A stretch of DNA of 64,000 nt, taken from the NCBI GenBank assembly GCA_977016875.1, contig CDRNST010000310.1, positions 1,488,001 through 1,552,000 on the forward strand, written 5' to 3'. The first letter of the stretch is position 1. Every line of letters begins with the position of its first letter. Below are positions 36,324 to 51,300 of the stretch, piece after piece. This DNA comes from Pavona decussata (taxonomy: Eukaryota). The translations under genes were made by a program, and so were the position numbers. Below the pieces are notes generated by a model, which was given only the letters and a program-made list of their open reading frames with translations, was not told where the DNA came from and did no database searches.

Positions 36324-39300
36324 ATGGTAAGCCTAATTTTCACAAGTTTGTAAGCCTCATTCTTTTTTAATACAGTTAACAAGTCACCTGAGCAGGATAA
36401 ATGCGACTTGTCGTTTACTTTCAGTCATGTTTTGACTGGGGATTCAGGATTCCTAATGCTTTGTTTTCAATGATCTACTGATTTAGATCGCGTGATTCTG
36501 TTTAGATCTCGTCTCGATCAGTAGCGAAGCTCCGTTTAATCATAAAAATGGAACTTATTGGACCTATAGCGGAGTCATGGCATCACGATACACAGTAAAA
36601 CGGATACCATTTCCGGGAAAATGCTGGAGTTTCTACGAATTTCTAATCGTTTACATGTGTGTTTACTATACAAAGCACTAACAGTTGTTTGTTCCGATTC
36701 TTTTCAACTTTTATTCCCGCGCTGAAAATTTTACAAATACCATCTAATAAATGGATACAAGGCGGCTGATGAGATGCCGTTATTTGTTGCGAAGTAATAT
36801 CAGGTTGAAACTGAAAGATATTAAATTCGAAAAGGATCGAACGACCCCAGGTCAACAAAGCTCTATTCACTAGCGCATCCATGCTTGATGTCGCATGTAC
36901 AAAATCAAACATCGAAGGTTCTGTTTCGGTAACTCAAATCCACTGCTCTTCGAAATAATAGAGAGTTTTAGCAACGACGACGGCGACGGTGGCAACGAGA
37001 ACGTAAAATAAAAAAAACAAACAATGGGCTTAATAACCAAAACAACAACTCTGCACGTGCATTTCACTTTCAGTACATTTCTTTGCCGTCACTGCACGAC
37101 TAGGAAGTGACATTTCCCGATGGGACGTTTTATGGAGGACGTAAACACACGACGACGAATTTTTCTTTCTCTTTCTAAACTTATGTGCGGTCTAAGAATT
37201 CAACTCCAGGAAATTTCACCTACATTTTATATTTAAAGCGAATTGGAATTATCGCGAGGATGTTTCAAACAACGCAAATTCATTTTAATAGTGACAGTTT
37301 CGCCAACGTCGCCGTCGTCGTTGCTCAAGCTCCCTAAAGTCGGAGTTAAAAGGAAGTCAGAGAAATAACTCCTCTAGCAAATTGAACAAATTACAAACCA
37401 GAGCACTCAAACGCGCGGGCAGCTGTGCGGGCCACTCAAGGAGACAATTTAAGCAAACAAGAAGCTGTACACAGCTTGTACTCGGCGCACCTTTAACAGT
37501 GGTATTTGTAGGTTTCAGTTGTAGTTAGGTTCTAGCAAAAGGCGCAAAGCGGCTTCATTTGTGGCAGATCGTTTTGTGCCAGTTTTAAAGACATTACAGG
37601 TGATGTTTGAGAAAAAAATGTAAAACAATGCCTCCATTTTTTAATGATTTTCTAGGAGGAACAAGGATCTTCAGATTCAGGTATGATTCATTTTTGTTTT
37701 CAGAGAATGATAAGTGTAGTCTATTTGTCATTTTTGACTTGAAGATTCAAGCATTCATGTTTACTGGGCTCTAAATCAGATCACTTTTAAGACCTTTTAA
37801 TGCTTAACCGGTCAGGGATAGTTTGAATCATGATTGGTACATAACTTAGAGATTTCTTATCACAGCTTTCTTTTCATTACATATTGGTAAAACACTGATG
37901 AGTTTGTAGGTGTATCGGAAATGTTGTCGATTTTCCTTATAATGGGTGCTAAGCGTGATCATTCATTCATCATTGTGGTGAGAGTAACAACAGCGTTATG
38001 TCTCTAGCAAAGATTCTCAAACAAATTAGATGTATAAAGGTAGGTTAGCTACCATACCCTTCTGATCTCTTCTGAAATGTTATGCATTCATTGCAGATGA
38101 TCCAGAATATCGGAAGGTATTTGCTGCCCTGGATGAACTTGACCTTAGCTCCTTGAAACCACTTTTCAAAGAACAACAGTTCCGGGTAATTTCTCATGTT
38201 AACTAATTACCGCTCGTTACTTACTCTGCCACTCTAATTTTCTTGCTGGTTAGGAAAAATAAAGATGTAATCTAGAATTTGCTATTATCTATAAAAAATT
38301 TTTTTCTTTTCTTTTCCACGACCCCTCTCCCCCTTCCGAATTGCGCTTGAACACCCAGCACAAACTGTCACTAATGGGTTTTTCCACATCCTGATCAGGC
38401 CATAGTTTTTTTGTGCATGAGCCCCACTTCAATCCCACCAACACAGCTCGGCTAGTCATAAAAATTGACTGTCCCTTGATAAAAATCTGACGAATAAAAT
38501 TATTGTTGCCCTGGCAAGCCTGGCAGAGGGGCAGGTTAGATTATTTAATTTTCACGCAAAAATTGTTGAGGATGTTGAAGATGATTTCTGAATTGGTGTC
38601 TTCATCATTCGCTGTCAAATATGACGTAACAACAATTCCATTTTATCTGTAACCAAACCGTGGACCACCTTCGTCTTAAACTTACAATTATCTTTTAACT
38701 TTCATTTCAGGATAAGACTCTGTCTTTCATAAAATCAGAGAAAGACTTAAGACTTTTTCTCAAAGAGGTAAGATGTCCTCGCTCCAATATACCCTGGAAG
38801 AAACGATTTTTAAACATTTTGTACCCTATCAAAAGGAAAATGTTTCTCATACAAATTAAAAAGCAGAAGGCAAATATCCGTCAGCAACAATTTATACAAT
38901 TTAAGTTGTGTGAAGGTAAAGCGTAAATATATATTTTTAGCCAAGCCTAAAAGCGGAGCTCCACAGTTTCTTTTTTCATAGCATTTATAGAAGTCTGCTA
39001 TCTTATGAACGTAATAACCTTACAAGTTCCGCATCTTTTCTTGTATATTTTTTGTGTATATGCAGCAAACTGCTCAGCAACAATAACAATTACAATGTAA
39101 TACAGAGGGTAAAATTACTGAATGCTGATTGTTGTAACAGAGGGTATTTTTTCTTAATTATTCTTTCACCGAGGGCAAATTACTCACTACTGATTGGTCG
39201 AGCGGCGAAAATACTCACTCCTGATTGGCTGAGCACGCCAGTTCTGCATTTTGTGCCCAAAAAAAAACGGGTAAGGTTCTTTGGAGTTCGACACTTTAAG

Positions 39301-42300
39301 TCGGGTTGTTTGTACTAAAAATATTACATGGAAATCAAGTTGAAATATTCCATCACATTTAGTTCAGGACGGTAAAAGTTGGGAATGAACAACAATTTGA
39401 GGGTCAATTTGAAGGCCAGTCGTTTCCGCTACCAGTACAAATTACTAACCCTCGGTGAATTTTGAACTAAGTACATATGACATTGCATGGCACATAATCA
39501 GTGAATTTAATCAGCAGTTTGTCCTTGCAGGATCTGAGATTGACTTTGGGTCCAAGCATTGAGTTTAGTCGACTGTGGTTTGACAAATACCATGGAAATG
39601 AAGGTAAGACATCCCCAGCTGCGAAATTACCGTGACGGTAGTATAAGGGCGCATTTTTTGGCCCTATTCCGTTATAAGAATTATCGGAATAGACGGTATC
39701 ACGTCAAGAAAGAGGTTGATGTTGTTCATCGTGGTAGATACATTAATAATAAGTGTATTATCGTTTGTCTCACGATGTAGTCACTTTTAGATGTAAATCG
39801 CGTAGTTTCGACTTCTTACTGCTAGCCTTCATCAGGCGATGAGGTCGACTGGTTACGCGGCACCATTTGTGCCACGATGGTCCGCTGTGATTGGTGCATT
39901 TCGATCCCCATTGTTCAGGCGAGAAGTTTTTCCCATGGCGGTCCGCTGTTGTACCATTCTCCTGTTGTGTTTTTTGACTGTGGGCATCCACGCTTCGGGA
40001 ATTTCAATTCCATTTTCCCCGTTGATGTTATTAGGGTGAAGTCTTATGTGGGTAGCTTCCTTGACCCTACGGGTAAACCAGTAAGAGTCTTGATAAATAA
40101 ACTTTCATGTTCCTTTGGGACCTACGTCTTTTTTCAGTATGAGGAGGATAGTATTCTATCGTTTTTATTTTTAGGAGTGTTAGGACTAATTTTTTGGTGG
40201 CATTTCAGAGACGTCATATGCCATTCAAGATCGAGAAAAAATGAGTAAAAATCTCGGTAAATCAGCGCATCAACCGCTCAAACAACGAGTTTTAATTTAA
40301 GAGTTGAAGTCCCAAAAGGTCGAACGGCGTGCAGATTCGATTTTTGGTACATTCCTTTACTTGAATTGTTTTCGTGCGACGTATGACTTAGCCTTAAACT
40401 TGGAGAACAACCAATTGACCATTTACGCGCAAACTGGCAAGACAGAGAAAACGCTTCGTGTTGGAACAGATTGGATTGCAAAGTATTTTCATGATGTGTT
40501 CTGAAGCGTAACCTTTCTTCCTGGCGGTATCGAAAGGTTATGCTTCTGATTTCCTCTTTCTAGTTAACAACAGCAACAACCTGAACACAACCCCTTACAA
40601 ATTTCGCACATTAAGACGGGCTTTGTTTATGTCTCTTTACCTGGGCAAGTAACCAAGCTGTAAAGGCTGGCTTGGTGCTCACCCACTGTAAAACATGTTT
40701 AAATAGTAATTTAGAATATGAGTTTTCGATGAGGTTAACAATTTTAACTGAAGGCATGTCTTAATTCGTTGTACTGCAGTGAGAACAACAGACCAAACAA
40801 AGAAGAAAATTAAAAGCGACAATGATGTTCAGGTGCCAAAGGAAGGTGAGAAGCATTCAAGTGCATTACTTAAAGAACCAGTGGTCGTTGATGACGGGGG
40901 CCAAAAACAGAAAGTCGATGGACGAATACCTACACAGTACCACCCCGAGATGGTGGATCCTACGAGACAAAAACCCAGCGTTTGCTCTGATATCAAGGGT
41001 AAGGAAGATGAAGAGAGAGTAATTGAGATATTGGAAACTCAGACCGTGGAGGAAGATCAAACTGGCAGGCAGTCTATGGAGACTAACGAACTAAACCAAA
41101 CCGAAGCACTCGCTAGTAGCTCAATTGGGCCGAAAGATGACCGGATCAATCATAAACTGAAAGGTAAATCTAACTTGAAAAGTGCCATAGAGTGAGATGG
41201 ATACTCCACTTTTTTTAAACCCTTTTTGTACTTTTGCTCACTTTAATTCGCCGACGAGACTGAAATTTGATTGCCGGCCACATATGCTCCTCACACACCT
41301 AACCTGTTCTCTTCGTGGTCTGTGAGACATAAGGCCCCAATTGGTCGCATATTGTATTTTGCCGACTAGATTACTCTTCTCTGTGCAGCCAAATGTGAAT
41401 GATAGAATACATCTAAGGCTCCTGTGAGCCAACTCGTGGACGCAGAAGTGAATAGTGATTACCGTAACGCCTTACTCGCATCAAACTACGTTACATACAA
41501 GTATTCGTAGACGCCATGCGTGTGACGCCGCTTAGATTTCTTAGCCCTTCCCCTCAGCTAGATTAGGCTTCTTGAATACTTTGGGGCAATGCTCCCTGAG
41601 CTTTTGAAACGTTTCATGAGTTATGTATTTTTGAAATAAGTTTAAATTTTGAAAATTGTTTGTAGCCTTTGGGATGGTTGGCTTTCATCGGCGAAAGAGG
41701 AGAAGAAGAAGAAGAAGAAAAAAAAGTTTTATTTGTCAGCCCCAAGGCAGGTTTGAAACCGAACCCTCCGACGCCAGGGGTATTCACCAAACCACTGCGC
41801 CACACATGTACGCCAGCTTTAGGAGAGATTAATTTTTGTATTTAATAATTATTTCCGGTGTTTAACTATTTGGTAGCCGTGGCGCAACGATTTAACAGCC
41901 AAATGACTTCGGACCCGGCCAAAGAAGAACACGCAAATGAACACGGAACACCCTCAGACGTTTCTCCATCGTATTTTCTCCTTCCGTTTTGCGCGAAATC
42001 CCTGTTGACTTGGACGATAATCTCGATCTACTTGAGCCTTTCAATACGGCGCCTAGCCTTTGTCCACAAAATAAAATCGTACGAAGACTATCATACATCG
42101 GTCGAGTGTTCTTTAGGCTATTTCTTTTAATTTCGAACTCCAAAAAGAGTGTAATTTAATTGAAGAAGAGAGAGTTTTCCATATTTGCTAAAAGTTTACG
42201 ACACATCGATGGGACGATGGAACGACCGAGCGAGTGATGTTTCCCCACATCATGATTACTCGATCATTGCGCATGCGCGCATTAATGAGTTAAAAACGAG

Positions 42301-45300
42301 GATAAGTACGTAAACGGCAAAAATAACAGCACTGAACCAACAAAACTCTTGCTGGAGTATGTCCGTATTCAAACGCAATTATAGTGGAATTCTCTTTGAC
42401 TTGATGATTTCTGTATCAGCCGCTGGTAAATCAGACTAACCATTTTTCCTTTTGTTTGTTTCTCATGAAAATACAGGAAAAAGTACATCGACCAATTTGG
42501 ATTCTCAAGATTTCAGTAATCAAGAGGACGGAGCCACATCAGCTGTAAACAGCAAGAACCTTATTTTCGTGACGGGCGACAACAGTAGTATTCAGGGAAA
42601 TACAGCTACTGTAAATGAGCCCAGTGAAATATCCAAAAAAGAATGGGAAATGGCCAAAACACCTGAGGAAGAAGCGGGTGATACTTCAAGCCAGCAACCC
42701 ACCACACAGAGCAAATCGAAAAAGAAGAAAAAGAAGAAGGCATCGAAGTCTAGAGAAAATGCTGAAATGAAAGAAGAAGAAGAAGGAACGACTCCTTTAG
42801 AAGGTATCGCTCATTGTCAATCATTGTTCCCAAAGAACGTAATCTGTCAGTCTCGCCATTTTAAAAGTATTTTTTGATTGATGAAATGCTAGAGTAGAGG
42901 ATCATACAGAAACTCAGTTAGTGCTAGGTTATAACATGACAATGACACCCTCAGTGCCTGTATATTGTCGGCTTGGCGTGATCCTGTTGAAGGATTCTGA
43001 GGGAATTGGAGGCCATAACTGTGTATAAAAGTGGGAAAGTCAATGCGATGTTGCCGATTATTGGGATAAACAGGATACGCCTATCACTGACGTACGTTCT
43101 AATTTTATTCTTACAATAAAGGAGTGGTTTTTTTTTTAGTTTGTCGCTCTTCCTTTAAGAAATAAAGTGGGATTATTATGACTGCTGTATATTGACAGAG
43201 TTTTTATTATTTGTAGATCAAGCGTCAATGGCTGTTGGTTATATAACAACCTCAGCAACAGCAGTAGCGTCAGAAGCAGCAGACGTTACACTTCCGTTAG
43301 ACAACACTGATGACGCCATAACGTATTCACAAGTCTCTTCCAAAGATGACAAAGCGAAGGGTGGCATTGACCTTTCAAGTAATTATGCAGTTAATCTTTT
43401 TGTTTTCATTTATCCCAGATCGTTCATTTTGGTACTCAAACTTAACTTTTAAATTCATGTTTGGGTTGTTGTTGAAATTCATCTTCACGGGAGCAGTAAT
43501 GAAATAGACTTGATTGCGATGCGCTTCTGTTTCCACAGTTCTTTCCTTTATGACCACTTTCTGGAGCTAATTGACCTTATTCCAAAATGGCTACTATTTT
43601 AATATTCTTTTGTTGGTATTTAAATTAGCCCTTCTTGCCTCGTTCTTAAGCTGAAAAATCAAAAGAATATTTCACCTTGAACGAGGCAAGAAGGGCTAAT
43701 TTGAATACAAACAAAAGAATATTGAAATGGCAGCCATTTTGAAAGAAGGTTTATTCTGAGCACTGAAACCACTGTTACGAGATACAGGTTGAAATCCCAT
43801 AACGACCGCATCGCTAAGTGGAAGTTGGGTGCCTGCGGTATCCAGGAGCTTCCACTATTGGCAGGCAGTCCCTAGATTGAGACCGCTCCAATGGCTGGAA
43901 AATCCTGGCAAACCAGCCATGAGCCCCCAGGCACCCGTCACACTGATTTAAGAATTGGTTCATGCTTTTAGCTGTGCGTATATCGAGTTATGGATGCACT
44001 TGGGAAGTTTGGATAACACGAGAGAAGCGTAAGAGTTGCTTGAGGCGTAGCCTAGAGCAACTCGATATATCTAGCTTCTGGAGTGCTCTCCAAACTTCCC
44101 AAGTGCATCCATAACTCGATATACGCACAGCTAAAAGCATGAACCAATTCTTTTATAACACGATGACAACAAAATGGTGCGCGGAAAACAGGTTTTATTT
44201 GTGACTGATTACAAAGTTCTCTCAATGCGCTGTACAGATAAACAAAGGTTCTTATTGGATGGTTACAAACACACCGCAATGGTATGGTCTGAACGAGACT
44301 GTTTCATCTGAAATTGTCCATTAAAATTTGCTTCTTTGTATTAGTTTAATGCTAATGAAAATGCCGACAAACAAGTTTCCAAGCCGACAGAATGTTTAAG
44401 TACTCAAATGTTCAAATTAAAGTTAAAGGGGGGAACTAGGGTTTCGATTCATCATGACGATTACGTTGTGTACGGTACAGTTGGAGAAGATTCGATTCCA
44501 AGAGAAAAGTCGGGTAGTTCTTCACTATTTTTGTCCATTTCTGGGGAAACTTTGTAAAAACTAAGCGACGGAAACCCGACTTTGTCTGATTTGCACCCGT
44601 CATCTTGTGGACGCACGGCCGCGCGAATGTTGAGAAATGAACCATGATGACGCTAGTAGGAATTAGATAGGGAAGCACGCCCGCTATAATATAAAAAACA
44701 GTGGAAAAGACAGAGGGAGGGGGAAAAACAGAAGCTACCTGGCACCAAAAACTGCCACGCAAACGCTGGCTAGGCCTATGCAGCAAGCACGTCGTACATT
44801 CTGTGAGCCCGTGGACTCCTGGCGCATGTGCCCAAAGAGACATCCCTGGTCACGGAGCAACCCTTGCGTTCTTTGTTGTTAACTCCGTTAAATTGCATTT
44901 AACTACATTTAAAGCCCCAGACATAGTATCGTCAATGACCTCCTTATATTTTTTGTGTTACTAGTTGGAGGAATTTGTTTATATATCAAGGCATTTTATC
45001 TTAAGGGTCCATTTACCTACCTTTTGATGCCGTTTCCAGGGAAATATCTGTTGTCTATAACTCATGCAGCACATGCTTAGTCATATCAAATCAAATTTGG
45101 TCAATATTCATGTTTTTGGACCACGCCCATAGTCACGCGACCCAAAATATAAAATGGAGCAAACACATAGTAATTTGTCTTTTTTTTTCAAGAATTCCTT
45201 GTATAATACTGTTTCATAACCATTTTCGAAAAACATTACTGTTACTGTCAGTAAATACTCTCTACCACGGACATTGACTCAGGGACTTTTCTCTAGCACT

Positions 45301-48300
45301 GTGCCATTCGGTTACTGAACGCCTCAGAGCCACTGATTTTGCGGCTTTCATCTTATGAATGCGAGACAATTTTGCCATTATGTTTATTTCTTAACGTTCT
45401 TTTGTTCAATTACTAGGTCTAATAGAATATATAAAGTTTTCTAAAGAGCATTTTGTAAAAGCCGTCTCTAAAATCTATGCATTTCTTTCTCGTACTTACG
45501 GTTGCGAGCCAAAGAAGCTCTACGGTTGTCAGTCTAGAATATGTTGAAAGCTGCCCTGGAAAGCACTGACGTATTTAACCTGACAACGGGACGAATGCTT
45601 CACAAAATACTTGGCACCCAAAGTATTGTAGAAATAATCCATAGATGTCAGCCGATTTTATCTTTAAGCGCTCCTCTTTCTTTCTTCAGCTAGACATTTC
45701 CGAAAACAAATCTTCCCCAAAACAACATGTTGCGGCTATAAATTCAAACTTTGAAGAGAAGAAAAGCGCGCCAAATTTGTCGGTCGCTGGAACCGGAAAT
45801 CAAATTGTACTTGCATAGCTACCGTGTAACTTAGCAATGAGATAGGTAAATGGATCCTCAAAGGGGAAGTGCCATGGCATTTTGACCTCTTTTGTTAAAA
45901 AATGGTTAAATAAGGCCTTCCCTTAGCTACAAAACTGAATTCAAGAACAACGAGAGGAAAGAAAACAATTCAATTCTTGAAAGGAAAAACTCTTGGTCTG
46001 TTCTAACGCATTTTGGAAACAAATGATACTTCCGCTTTAAATGATTATTTACTTATTCTCTTGGCCTGTATGTTTGGTAATGCAGTGATATTTGAAGGGG
46101 GAATTAGGTGCTGGTGACTTTGGGGTTCATAAAGGATAAAGCTTATATTTCAACTCTTCTTTTTTAAATCAACTGAGGATGAACGGGTAAGGGATGGAAT
46201 ACTGCTATATTTTTATGCGTAAATGCGCGTCAAGTTTATGTTGTTTTCTCTGGAATTTGTTCAACTCACCATTTGTCTCGGAAATATGTTTCAATCAAAA
46301 TCCCGTGTGCTTTTTTCGACAGTTAACAATAGCGAAAACGCGAGGGAATACACATTTGCTGATGTCCATGATCGACGGAAGAGCACTGACCAAAATGGAA
46401 CCAATGCAGATTGTACCCCCAAAGAGGACCCTCTCCTCGAGGCCGAGGGCATTGTTGACAATCAGGACGAAACAAGAACAGTTGTGAATCAACTACACAC
46501 GAAAAAAGAGGCGGTAGAAGAAAAAGCAAGAAAGTCTTCAAACCAACAATCGAGCACACAGAGTAAATCAAAAAAGAAGAAAGACAAGAACTCTTCCAAA
46601 GGAACAACGGGAAGCACTGAAACCATTGACAAGTGCGCAGAAGAAACAACAAAAGTAGGAAACGAAGGCACGAGCTCTTTAGAAGGTATGTTATCTGTTA
46701 AATGCATCCTTGACATCATCAAATTACCATCTTTGTGTGAAGAGGACTCTTCCTTGCCCAAGATATGAAGCCCGAGATAAGCGCTTAGAGCAGCGATGTA
46801 TAAGCACTATATAGATATTATAATATTTTTATTAAACTCTTGTGAAGTTCTCGATGTTTCAGTGACGATATTTTTACCGATTGGGTTGGTGGTCCTTAAC
46901 AAACCCCTACTGTGGGCGAGATGGCCCACGGTCAGTCTGTCGTCTACCCTAGGCATATTGTTCCCGCTGGTATAGAGGTCATACACACACAAGCAAACCA
47001 ACTGAGGGGTGGACCTTAAGAATGAGACTTTCTTCTGTTGGGTGTCAACATTGAATGGATTTTCATTATTAATAGGTCAAGCAGCAGTGGCTGTTGATCA
47101 CACACCAAAAGAACCAGTAGTAGAAGCAACAGCAGATGAGTTTACACGGACAGTTGGAAACAACACCGCTGAAGCCATGACACATTGGGCTGGTGCACAT
47201 GAAGTCCCAACGGCAAATTATGGTAAAGATGTTACCTCCATTTCAGATGCCACTGAGATAGCAACATCTAGAAAAGAAAACGAAACGTGTCAAGGAGAGA
47301 ATGGTCAAGAGGTTGTGCCTTTGCTCGTAACTGCTTCTTCGAATACTACGATGCTGCAAAATGGGATGTCAGACCTGGACGTTAATAGAAACTTAAATCA
47401 ACGTGAATTGGAGGGAGAGAAAATCAGAGATAGAGCAGGAGACCAAATAAAAGATTCCAAGGGAGTTTGCAGATGTAAGTAAACTTTTAAAATAGTGGTC
47501 TTTGAAACCTCTTTTGCTGATCTTGGTTGGTTCATGGCCTATTTTGAATACACACCAGCAATAGGATGAAAAATTTCAGATTAAAAAGTTTAGTGTTTTT
47601 CCAAGTAGACGTCAGATGAAGACAAATGGACTTTCAGTTGATCATGGTCACCGATGAAATCTTTTTTTTACTGGCAGGTACCCCAAGGCCTCGCGGTGTC
47701 GCAGCAAGAGACTTTTTCTATGAACAAGGCTCTGTTTTGGACGCTGAAGAAAACAGGGAATTGGAGTTCAAGTCGCTCGCGAGCGCCCAGTCCTGTTCCC
47801 TTCCTTGGAAAATAATGGAAAAGGCTAAGAAGTTCATCTGTGCCTGTTTAAATGCCGACAGACGCGGAATCATATACTTTGGTGTTGGAGACAGTCTGGA
47901 GAAAGGTTCTAAGTATCAGCATGGCGAAATTTTAGGACTTGATGTAGAGCACATCAAGGATGACATCAATAAAGCCTTCCAAATTGTCCTTGATGACCAT
48001 ATCAAAAGCGATGCAGGGCCATTACAAAAAGGTGGAGAACAGAATTGTGTTAGCATCCACTTCGTCCCAGTTAAGAAACAAGGAAACCGTTGCAACCTGT
48101 ATGTCGTTGAGATAGAGGTCACTCGTGATTGGCGATTCTGCAAAGCCAGCATTTATTACTCTAAAAGCTGGATTGATAGGACAGGTGGACACCATGCTAC
48201 GACTGGAAAGAAAGCTTTGAGTGACTCTTTCAAAGTCAAAGATGAGTGGGACAAGGTTGCGATTCGTACCAATGGGGTATCTAGCTCTGTGGAGCAATTT

Positions 48301-51300
48301 GACGTGGACAGGCATGTCAGAAAACCTCTTAAAGAAAAGTACGAGGATTGGAAGAAGGCAAAGCATGGTAAATAGATATACCTACCCGAGTATTATTCTT
48401 TTTTTTTTTAATTACAATTTTTATTAGTCTCACTTGACACAGAATACAACATTAACAATTCTAAATACTACTTACACTGCTTACGACAATTAATAACAAT
48501 ACTTACTATACTATACCTAGCCTCTGGATCGTGGCGCGGTAATTTTTCAGAGGGTTGGATCGGGGCCAGGAGCGTTCTTTACAGGAACGTTCTTCACCGG
48601 AGGGGTGCTAGTTTTGTTTAGTAATATTCAAAATGATTTTTTACACTTTCGAGCCTTTTTTCTTTAGTTTACAGCGTGTTCAACCTGTAAATGTTATACG
48701 CTAATCATCGTGTCTTTTTTATATTTTTTACCTTACCACGTAATTGCTAACACTGAAACTGTATTTAAAAAGCGTTTTACCACTCTGCATTGTAACTGAT
48801 AAAGGTCTGAGACCGAAATGTTGTATTAAATTTTACTTGGTATGATATCTCTGTCATTTCGCCGTGTGTAAGTGATCTGTTTTTCGAGGTCACGATTTGG
48901 TTTCTGATATTTTGTATCTTTTGTTCATAGGCGCTCACGGGTTGACTGAAGGTAAGTCTTCAGGTATAATTAAGTCCAACCACCTTATATAAATGTTGCT
49001 GTCGTTTCATGTTACTGCAGCAATAACACCAAACTCTAAATAACTGGTGTAATGTCACAATCCTTTCATCGATTCCACAACACAGATCTTCGAATCGTGT
49101 CACAAGTTACGTATCTGCTGCACACGACACTTTCCATAATGTACTTCAAGTATGCACAGTCCAGAAAACTAGAAACCTAACGCCACGCTTAGTTACACGA
49201 CTCTTGCATTCACATTACTGACAACATCCTCCCCTTATGCAGCGTGGAGGTAATCAACGTCTGCATCAATGGCAGCAGCTCTTCTTGGAACTCTTCTAAG
49301 CTTTTGTCGTTCACTCGACTGCTCGGCTTCCATTTGCCTTGGCAGCGTAGTATCTGTTACCCCAAGTGGGTTGGTCTGGTTAGGGAAAACGGCTCCGCCA
49401 GTTTCGTAAAGACTTTAACTTTCGTTCCGATCCCCTAATCTCTTTCCCATTTGCCACTTTCCGTAAGGCTCTTCCTCCACGACAACTGTCACCACATCTT
49501 CCATTTCAATCAGTTAACCACATCTGGTTTAGGTTATCTCGTGATGTTCCCTCAGTTTTGATAAATATTCCCTCTTCCACTTGAGGCTGAACTATTCATT
49601 GGCTTGCTCAATTCCTTTGGAGAATCTTCCTTTTCAGTTCTTCGTTCTTCTCGAAACGAAAGGTAAGGCGACAGCACTGTCATTCGTCTCGTGTACATCA
49701 TATGCACTGGCGGCATGGCTTCTTCTGGGTCACCTTCTTCGTACACATATGTCAAAGGTCTCACGTTCAAGGTGCTTTCCACTTCAACCACTACAGTCAT
49801 AAGTTAGTCGTAGGGTCTTTCAAAGACATCTCTGTACTCCTTTCGCCATTCTCTCGTAGAATCCACTCCACCATGATGTTTCTTCAAATAAAATATCCAC
49901 ATACCTTATTAATTTCTCTATTAGAAAGGCTTGGACATCTGGGTGCTCGTAGAGTAACTGCAACTTGTTGCAGCTAATTTAAAGGTTTTTACACGACTGA
50001 ATATGACCAACTGAAGAACACATCTGCTTGGTATGAACCTCATGACACATTTAGCAAAAGTTCTTGTCTTTTAGTGACATCCAAATGAATGGCTCCGATC
50101 ACTGCATAAGAAACGAATGCCTTCCCTTTCTCACCCAAAACCGTATTCTAAGTTCTGTTGGTGACTCTATCACTCCACCATGACGAACACTCTTGTGGCA
50201 CTATAAATAACAATAAACAAATTTGTTAGATGCTGCTCTATCTGCACAAATGCAGGATGCCTTGCCTGGTGTCCCTCCACTGTTTGAGCGATTCTTCCAG
50301 GACATCGAATTACGCCATCTTCATCTGTGTATAGTCTGAGAGATCTCATTCAAGGTGTTCAAAGTTCCTTTAATCTTTAAAGCTGGACGGTGCTTCTTTT
50401 ACCTACGAATTCTCTACCCTTAAATTTCGCAACACAATACTCTTTGCTTTCTCAACTTTACACTTGAGTCTCTAACGAATCTGTACATGTAAGCTTGTCT
50501 CCCTGATTCCTCTCGAGTTCCTATCTGGCTTTGCACTGTCCCTTGCATTACTCGCTTCTGAAATTTCCAGAACATGTGCAACGAAATTTGTCACAGCTGT
50601 GTATTCTCAATGAGGAATCTTTATAGGACTCGACAACACCCATCCTAGAGAGGTCGAGATTGCTAATAGGCCCATTTCTCTTCCACTTACTACTTCGCCA
50701 TCTGTAAATTCCCGTATGAAACCGGTACTGATGAGCAAATCAACATCCGAATTCACTTCACACGGGCAAACATCTGAAAACCACAGTCTGCACAAGCATG
50801 GATGCACCCTTTTGGCCTCTTCTACGTGTTTACTCTGCAGGGCTTCAAATATGACATGCACTTTAAATACGTGTACTTGAACACTATTACTCCTTTCCTC
50901 AAAGAGGTGTCCGAATGGAATGTGACGGGTCCTCTCTACGTTATTATTGCTCTGGGCAAAGGTTCCAGGTTTCAGTTTCATGTGCTGTTTAACTGCAACA
51001 GATAAACTACCTTCTCAATGATGTAAGATCTTTGACTTCCGCATCAAACGTTTCTACTTGGATTCAAAGTCATTGGGCTTTCGTAAAACCACTTGTACAG
51101 CTATCACATTTCTTTTTGCAGAACAACTTGCGCTTATGAATTTACTTAAAACAAGGGGTGGAACCGGGTGCATTTCTTGGCACTTGGATGCCCGCTCTAC
51201 CTTCCTGAACCCTACTTTTAAATAAGGCTAGGTGATGGTCTGCACCACAGGTTCAGTTCTTCTTTGAATCACAACAAATGGCCCAGTGTCCATGTCCAAG

